A stretch of 64,000 nt of DNA from positions 376,122 to 440,121 of the forward strand of contig CAVDRP010000001.1 of NCBI GenBank assembly GCA_963611535.1, given 5' to 3'. The stretch comes from Bacteroidaceae bacterium. Its GTDB lineage: Bacteria; Bacillota; Negativicutes; Acidaminococcales; Acidaminococcaceae. A program made the position numbers and the translations under genes. Below, piece after piece: positions 58,805 through 64,000 of this stretch (position 1 is the stretch's first letter; every line of letters starts with the position of its first letter). Under the pieces are notes generated by a model that was given only the letters and a program-made list of their open reading frames with translations, made no database searches and was not told the DNA's origin.

Positions 58805-59509
58805 TTAGCCACCCAGGTAAGCCTTGCGTACAGCCTCGCTGCTAGCCAGCTCCTTAGCTGTACCGCTTAAGGTAATGCGGCCTGTTTCCAAAACATAGGC
58901 CTTATCGGCAATGGACAGCGCCATGTTGGCGTTTTGCTCTACCAGCAGCACGGTGGTACCGCCTGCATTGATTTCTTTTATTATATTAAAAATTTCCTTA
59001 ACAAGCAAGGGGGCAAGACCCATAGAAGGCTCATCCAGCAAAAGCAGCTTGGGACGGCTCATTAGCGCACGGCCCATAGCCAGCATCTGCTGCTCGCCAC
59101 CAGAAAGCGTACCAGAAAGCTGGTTTTTGCGTTCCAGAAGACGCGGGAACTTTTCAAATACATCCTTCATGTCGGCAGCAATGCCATCCTTGTCGCTGCG
59201 CAGATAAGCACCCAGCTCCAGGTTTTCCAATACGGTCATGTTAGCAAAAACGTGACGACCCTCGGGAACCTGGCACAGACCCATGCCCACGATTTTATGT
59301 GCTGCCATGCCGGCAATATCCTGGCCTTCATACATAATTTTGCCAGTTTTAGGCTTCATTAAGCCAGAAATAGTGCGCAGCGTAGTCGATTTACCTGCGC
59401 CGTTAGAACCAATCAGCGCTACAATTTCACCATCGGGAACATCGAGGCTGATACCTTTGATGGCGTGGATAGCGCCATAATATACATTGATATCTTCAAC
59501 AGTTAACAT
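58805..59509 (-). CDS. livF: Branched-chain amino acid ABC transporter ATPase
   Basis: G.NGAGKST, VPEGR, LSGGEQQM, DEPSMGLAP, VEQN. Confidence 0.93.
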   Translation of the reverse strand: MLTVEDINVYYGAIHAIKGISLDVPDGEIVALIGSNGAGKSTTLRTISGLMKPKTGKIMYEGQDIAGMAAHKIVGMGLCQVPEGRHVFANMTVLENLELGAYLRSDKDGIAADMKDVFEKFPRLLERKNQLSGTLSGGEQQMLAMGRALMSRPKLLLLDEPSMGLAPLLVKEIFNIIKEINAGGTTVLLVEQNANMALSIADKAYVLETGRITLSGTAKELASSEAVRKAYLGG

Positions 59510-60285
59510 TAGTTGATAACCTCCTCGCCCAAATATGCTTCAATAACGCGTTTGTTGTGTTTAATTTCCTCTGGGGTGCCTTCAGCGATCTTCATGCCAT
59601 ATTCAAGAACGTAGATGCGCTCGCATACACCCATTACCAAGCCCATATCATGCTCGATAAGCAGGATGGACAGGTTGAACTTTTCGCGAATCCAACGAAT
59701 CATTTCCATAAGCTCTTTGGTTTCCTGCGGGTTCATGCCTGCAGCAGGCTCGTCCAGCAAAAGCAGCTTCGGCTCTGTTGCCAGTGCGCGGGCAATTTCC
59801 AAACGGCGCTGCTTACCATAGGGCAGGTTCTTAGCAGTTTCGTAGGCCTCGTCCTCCAGATGGAAGATCTTCAAAAGATCCATAGCCTTTTGCGTAATAT
59901 ATTCTTCCTCGCTCAGATACTTACCATCACGGATGATAGCATCAGCAAGATTGTAGGTTACGTGCATATTATAGGCAATCTTTACGTTTTCGATTACACT
60001 TAGCTCCGAAAACAGGCGGATATTTTGGAAGGTACGCGCCATGCCCATTTGCGTAACCTGATAGGATTTGTGGCCGCTACTTTGCTGGCCGTTGAAGTAC
60101 ACCTTGCCCTCAGTAGGCGTATATACGCCGGTAATCATATTGAAAGCAGTGGTTTTGCCGGCACCGTTAGGACCGATAAGGCCAATTAGCTCGCCATCAT
60201 TAATATACATAGAAAGGTTCGATACAGCGCGCAGGCCGCCGAACACCATAGAAACATTGTCTACCTTCAGCAGTTCTGCCATCAT
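59509..60285 (-). CDS. livG: Branched-chain amino acid ABC transporter ATPase
   Basis: FGGL.A, GPNGAGKTT, RTFQNIRLF, LPYG, DEPAAGMN, EHDM. Confidence 0.93.
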   Translation of the reverse strand: MMAELLKVDNVSMVFGGLRAVSNLSMYINDGELIGLIGPNGAGKTTAFNMITGVYTPTEGKVYFNGQQSSGHKSYQVTQMGMARTFQNIRLFSELSVIENVKIAYNMHVTYNLADAIIRDGKYLSEEEYITQKAMDLLKIFHLEDEAYETAKNLPYGKQRRLEIARALATEPKLLLLDEPAAGMNPQETKELMEMIRWIREKFNLSILLIEHDMGLVMGVCERIYVLEYGMKIAEGTPEEIKHNKRVIEAYLGEEVIN

Positions 60286-61226
60286 CCCTTACCTCCTACC
60301 TTACCAAATTTGAACATTTTGCGGCTCAGCTCCTCGCTGCCAAACAGACCCTGCGGACGGCGCAGCATCAGCACGATCATGGTTACAGAATAGATAACCA
60401 TACGCCATTCAGGATAATCGGACAGATAAGCCGAGATGAAGGTCAAAAGTGTTGCACCGGTAATAGCACCAGTCATAGAGCCCAGTCCACCAAGCACGAC
60501 CATCGTCAAAATATCGAAGGAACGCATAAAGGTGAAGGATGCAGGATGTGCCAGGAAGAAGTAATGGCTAAAGAGCGCACCAGCAGTGCCAGCAAAGGCA
60601 GCACCCAGGGTGAAGGCCATTACCTTATACTTAGTAGTGTTGATGCCCATGGTATCTGCTGCAATTTCGTTTTCACGGATTGCCAGGCAGCAACGACCAT
60701 AGGAAGAGTTTTTAAAGTTCTTGATAAAGAAGATAATCGCTATCATAATCCAGAAGGTATAAGCGAAGTTAGTCATACGGGGAATGCCCATAAGGCCGGA
60801 AGCACCGCCTACATAGTCAATGTTGAGGATGCAGATACGGATGATTTCGCCAAGGCCCAGGGTAGCAATTGCCAGATAGTCACCATCAAGACGCAGCGTC
60901 GGCAGGCCGATTAAAAAGCCCAGCACACCAGCACAAACAGTGGCCACGATCAGGCCAACCTCAAAGGGGAAGCCTAGCTTTACAGTCATAATAGCGCTTG
61001 TATAAGCACCTACTGCCATAAAGCCTGCATGGCCGATAGAGAACTGGCCAGTATAACCATTAATCAGGTTGAGGCTGACAGCCAAAATGATGTTGATGCA
61101 AATGAGGATAATGTTCAGTTCCCAGAAGGGACCAATGATTTCGCCAAAGAGCAGGCCTTGTACAACACCAAAAATGATGAGGCTGGCTACGATGGCCTTT
61201 AAGTCAAATTTTCTAATCGGATTCAT
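60282..61226 (-). CDS. livM: Branched-chain amino acid ABC transporter permease
   Basis: G.TGQ.S.GHA.F, LRL.GDYLAIATL, A.RE.E.AA. Confidence 0.92.
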   Translation of the reverse strand: MNPIRKFDLKAIVASLIIFGVVQGLLFGEIIGPFWELNIILICINIILAVSLNLINGYTGQFSIGHAGFMAVGAYTSAIMTVKLGFPFEVGLIVATVCAGVLGFLIGLPTLRLDGDYLAIATLGLGEIIRICILNIDYVGGASGLMGIPRMTNFAYTFWIMIAIIFFIKNFKNSSYGRCCLAIRENEIAADTMGINTTKYKVMAFTLGAAFAGTAGALFSHYFFLAHPASFTFMRSFDILTMVVLGGLGSMTGAITGATLLTFISAYLSDYPEWRMVIYSVTMIVLMLRRPQGLFGSEELSRKMFKFGKVGGKG

Positions 61227-61236
61227 ACCATACACC

Positions 61237-62127
61237 TCAGACTTTCTCACGAACCTTCTTGCCTAATAAGCCAGAGGGTTTATAAAGCAGAATCAAAATC
61301 AAGATACCAAAGGCAGCTGCATCACGGAAGGTAGAGGAAATAAAGCCGCTGACCATCGCTTCAACAACGCCCAGGATGATACCGCCGATCATAGCGCCCG
61401 GAATAATACCGATACCGCCAAGAACCGCGGCAACGAATGCCTTCAGGCCGGGCATCATGCCCATAAGCGGGTCAATAGAGTTATAGTAAACACCAACCAG
61501 CACGCCGCCTGCTGCTGCCAAGGCACTGCCCAGAGCAAAGGTGGTGGAAATTACGCGGTCAATATTGATGCCCATCAGCTTAGCAGCATCAGCATCAAAG
61601 GAAACAGCACGCATTGCCTTGCCGGCTTTGGTTTTGTTGACGATGTAAGTTAAGATAGCCATCAAAATAATGGCGCTGAGCAAAATAACCAGCTGCTGGC
61701 TGTTGGCAACCAACGGACCCCAGTGGTAAACGGTGGCATTAAATACTGCCGGGAAGGTACGAGGCTGCGGAGATACCAGCAAAATCATACCATATTCCAA
61801 GAAGAAGGATACACCAATCGCCGTAATCAAAATCGCAATACGCGGTGCATTACGCATGGGGCGGTAAGCGACACGCTCGATGATGATACCTGCGATAGCG
61901 GCGCAAGCCATAGAAAAGATAATAGCCGGAATAAACGACATTCCTAATTGTGTTGTGGCAAAAAAGCCAAAGTAGGCGCCTAACATGTAGATATCGCCGT
62001 GAGCAAAGTTGATCAGCTTGATAATGCCATATATCATAGTATAACCCAAGGCGATCAATGCGTATATACTGCCAAGAGATACACCATTTATCAGCTGCTG
62101 AAAGAACTGATGGATAAAGGTCTCCAT
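61237..62127 (-). CDS. livH: Branched-chain amino acid ABC transporter permease
   Basis: NG..LGS.YAL.ALG.T, INFAHG, KAF.AAVLGG.G. Confidence 0.93.
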   Translation of the reverse strand: METFIHQFFQQLINGVSLGSIYALIALGYTMIYGIIKLINFAHGDIYMLGAYFGFFATTQLGMSFIPAIIFSMACAAIAGIIIERVAYRPMRNAPRIAILITAIGVSFFLEYGMILLVSPQPRTFPAVFNATVYHWGPLVANSQQLVILLSAIILMAILTYIVNKTKAGKAMRAVSFDADAAKLMGINIDRVISTTFALGSALAAAGGVLVGVYYNSIDPLMGMMPGLKAFVAAVLGGIGIIPGAMIGGIILGVVEAMVSGFISSTFRDAAAFGILILILLYKPSGLLGKKVREKV

Positions 62128-62252
62128 AATTTACCTCCCTAGAGATTTCAAAAATTTGCGTAAGCGGGACATGCCTACTTAAAAGACGAGGCTGTTGCTA
62201 TGCAAAACAACAGCCTCGTTGATTTAGTCAAATTAACTACTAGTGTAAACTA

Positions 62253-63431
62253 TCAGGGATTAACTTTTGTTTTGAAGGTTTGAACGCCATCTTTATGTTC
62301 GATAATTACAGCGCTCTTAATCGGGTTATGCTGTTCGTTAAAGGTAACCTCGCCGGATACACCCTTGAAGCCTTTGATCTTAGCCATTGCTTCAGCAATC
62401 TTTGCGGGGTCAGCGCTGCCAGCATCTTCAATTGCTTTAGCAACCAACAGTGCGGAATCATAAGCCAATGCTGCAAATACGTCCGGGTTGGTGTTGTAAG
62501 CTTTTTTGTATTCAGCAACAAACTCCTTGTTCAAATCAGAGGTGTCGTCCGGAGAATACAGGCTGGAGAAGAAGGTGTTTTCCAGAGCAGCCTTGCCAGC
62601 GATTTCAGGAAGCTTAGCACTATCCCAGCCGTCGCCGCCAGCCATCGGAACGTTGATGCCCATCTCACGTGCTTGTTTAACAATCAGGCCAACCTCTTGG
62701 TAGTAACCAGGGATGTAAATGAAGTCAGGGTTTGCAGCCTTAATTTTGGTAAGGGTGGATTTGAAGTCGGTATCCTTTTGCAGATATGCTTCTTCAATTA
62801 CAACCTCGCCGCCATTTTTAACAAAGTTCTCTTTGAAGAACTGTGCCAGGCCTTTAGCATAATCACTAGTATTATCAATGTAGATAGCAGCCTTCTTAAC
62901 CTTCAGGTCATTAGAAGCGAAGCTTGCCATTACAGTGCCTTGGAACGGATCAATGAAGCAGGTACGGAAGCTGTAGGGTTTTACCTTTTTGCTGGACGGG
63001 TCAACAGTTACATCCGGGTTAGTACCCATAGGAGTAATGTCAGCAACCTTAGCGCCATTGTTGATGGCACCAGAAGCAATTACAGCAGAGGATTGGTTAG
63101 GACCAATAACTGCTACAACCTTATCCTGAGAAATCAGCTTTTGCATACCGTTAGTAGCTTCAGAAGCTTCAGATTTGGTATCGGCAACAACCAAGGTCAG
63201 TTTTTTGCCACCCAGCACACCTTTTTCATTGATTTTTTTCAATGCCAGGTCAATACCGTTCTTACCAGAAATACCAAAGGAAGCACTGCCGCCGGTCATC
63301 TCCAACAAGCCGCCAACCTTAATAGCATCTCCGTCAGCTCCTTTAGAACCGCCGCCACCGCAGCCGGTCAGGGCGCCCATAAACATTGCGCCTGCTGCTA
63401 ACACAGATAGTAATTTTGTCACTCTTTTCAT
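62253..63431 (-). CDS. Branched-chain amino acid ABC transporter substrate-binding lipoprotein (LivJ/K-like)
   Basis: Lipobox LTGC; FRTCFIDPFQG, DF...LTKIK, GGDGWD. Confidence 0.92.
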   Translation of the reverse strand: MKRVTKLLSVLAAGAMFMGALTGCGGGGSKGADGDAIKVGGLLEMTGGSASFGISGKNGIDLALKKINEKGVLGGKKLTLVVADTKSEASEATNGMQKLISQDKVVAVIGPNQSSAVIASGAINNGAKVADITPMGTNPDVTVDPSSKKVKPYSFRTCFIDPFQGTVMASFASNDLKVKKAAIYIDNTSDYAKGLAQFFKENFVKNGGEVVIEEAYLQKDTDFKSTLTKIKAANPDFIYIPGYYQEVGLIVKQAREMGINVPMAGGDGWDSAKLPEIAGKAALENTFFSSLYSPDDTSDLNKEFVAEYKKAYNTNPDVFAALAYDSALLVAKAIEDAGSADPAKIAEAMAKIKGFKGVSGEVTFNEQHNPIKSAVIIEHKDGVQTFKTKVNP

Positions 63432-63577
63432 GGTTTATTCCCCCTCAGAAATAAATTGAATATATTTTATATAGGGCGCGTAATTTCCGCGCCCGGTATA
63501 ACTAAATAGCCCATGGAATGAATCTTGTTAGTCTTACTGATATTTACTTATTGAGTTGTATTTTTGCCTCGTTTTAA

Positions 63578-64000
63578 TTAAAGGCTAATTTTTTCTTTAA
63601 GAGTAGGTACGCCACCCTCCAGGCTGATGATCAGAGCCGGCATAACCGGGTTGTGGTCAGCATCAAAGGTGAGCTTGCCGCTAGCAATCGGCAGATCCTT
63701 AGTTTCAGCAATAGCCTTAGCCAGCTTAGTGCCGTCGGTAGTGCCAGCGCGTTTCAAAGCATCAATCAGAACTAAGCCTGCATTGTAGCCTTGCATTGCG
63801 AAGATATCAGGATCCTTTTGGTATTTGGATTTGTACAGCTTGATGAAGCTTTGTACAGATTCATCCTTATCCTGTGCGTTGAAAGCACTTACATAGTAGC
63901 AATCCTTCAAAGCATCCTTGCCAGCGATTTCAGCAAGCTTCGGGCTTTCCCAGCCATCGGAGCCCAGCATCGGGCAGGTGATACCGATTTCGCGTGCTTG
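63578..64000 (-). CDS. Second LivJ/K-like substrate-binding protein, 3' part; runs off the right edge of the window
   Basis: QAREIGI..PMLGSDGW.S..L.EIAGK, paralogous to the adjacent binding protein. Confidence 0.88.
   Translation of the reverse strand, partial: QAREIGITCPMLGSDGWESPKLAEIAGKDALKDCYYVSAFNAQDKDESVQSFIKLYKSKYQKDPDIFAMQGYNAGLVLIDALKRAGTTDGTKLAKAIAETKDLPIASGKLTFDADHNPVMPALIISLEGGVPTLKEKISL

Noticed and set aside
62280..63401. 373-aa + strand ORF
   Set aside because: Antisense shadow of the strongly codon-biased LivJ/K gene; no RBS or motifs.

Overview
A 64-kb chromosomal window from what looks like a diderm Firmicute (Negativicutes, probably Phascolarctobacterium/Acidaminococcaceae-like). 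This is inferred from LPS and outer-membrane genes sitting beside Firmicute-type genes, promoters and regulators. Most of it is housekeeping: an ADP-heptose/LPS inner-core operon with an lptD-like gene, MATE and ABC-F genes, a lipoprotein barnase plus barstar followed by a NitT/TauT-type ABC importer, murJ/spoVB, reverse rubrerythrin, the tetrapyrrole operon (sirC-hemA-hemC-cobA/hemD-hemB-hemL) with two cbiK genes, two DcuC-family transporters, the pan operon with a pan RNA motif leader, a BirA-controlled bioD-bioA-bioX-bioW/F operon, a MerR-controlled redox/hydrolase cluster, and a liv ABC operon. The most unusual region is 35.9-39.7 kb. There a mosaic 244-bp duplicate of internal panC brackets an AT-richer islet, and inside it an ungapped ~85-bp inverted-repeat-plus-promoter module occurs twice, exactly 1,833 bp apart, flanking an XRE gene and an AAA/DUF4143 ATPase-nuclease gene. 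Other non-coding signals are a dense DnaA-box cluster with no dnaA nearby (29.17-29.32 kb) and an unassigned attenuator-like leader upstream of an MFS gene (53.86-53.95 kb). No CRISPR array, rRNA, tRNA, integrase or transposase was seen. All family assignments come from motif recognition by eye, not database searches.
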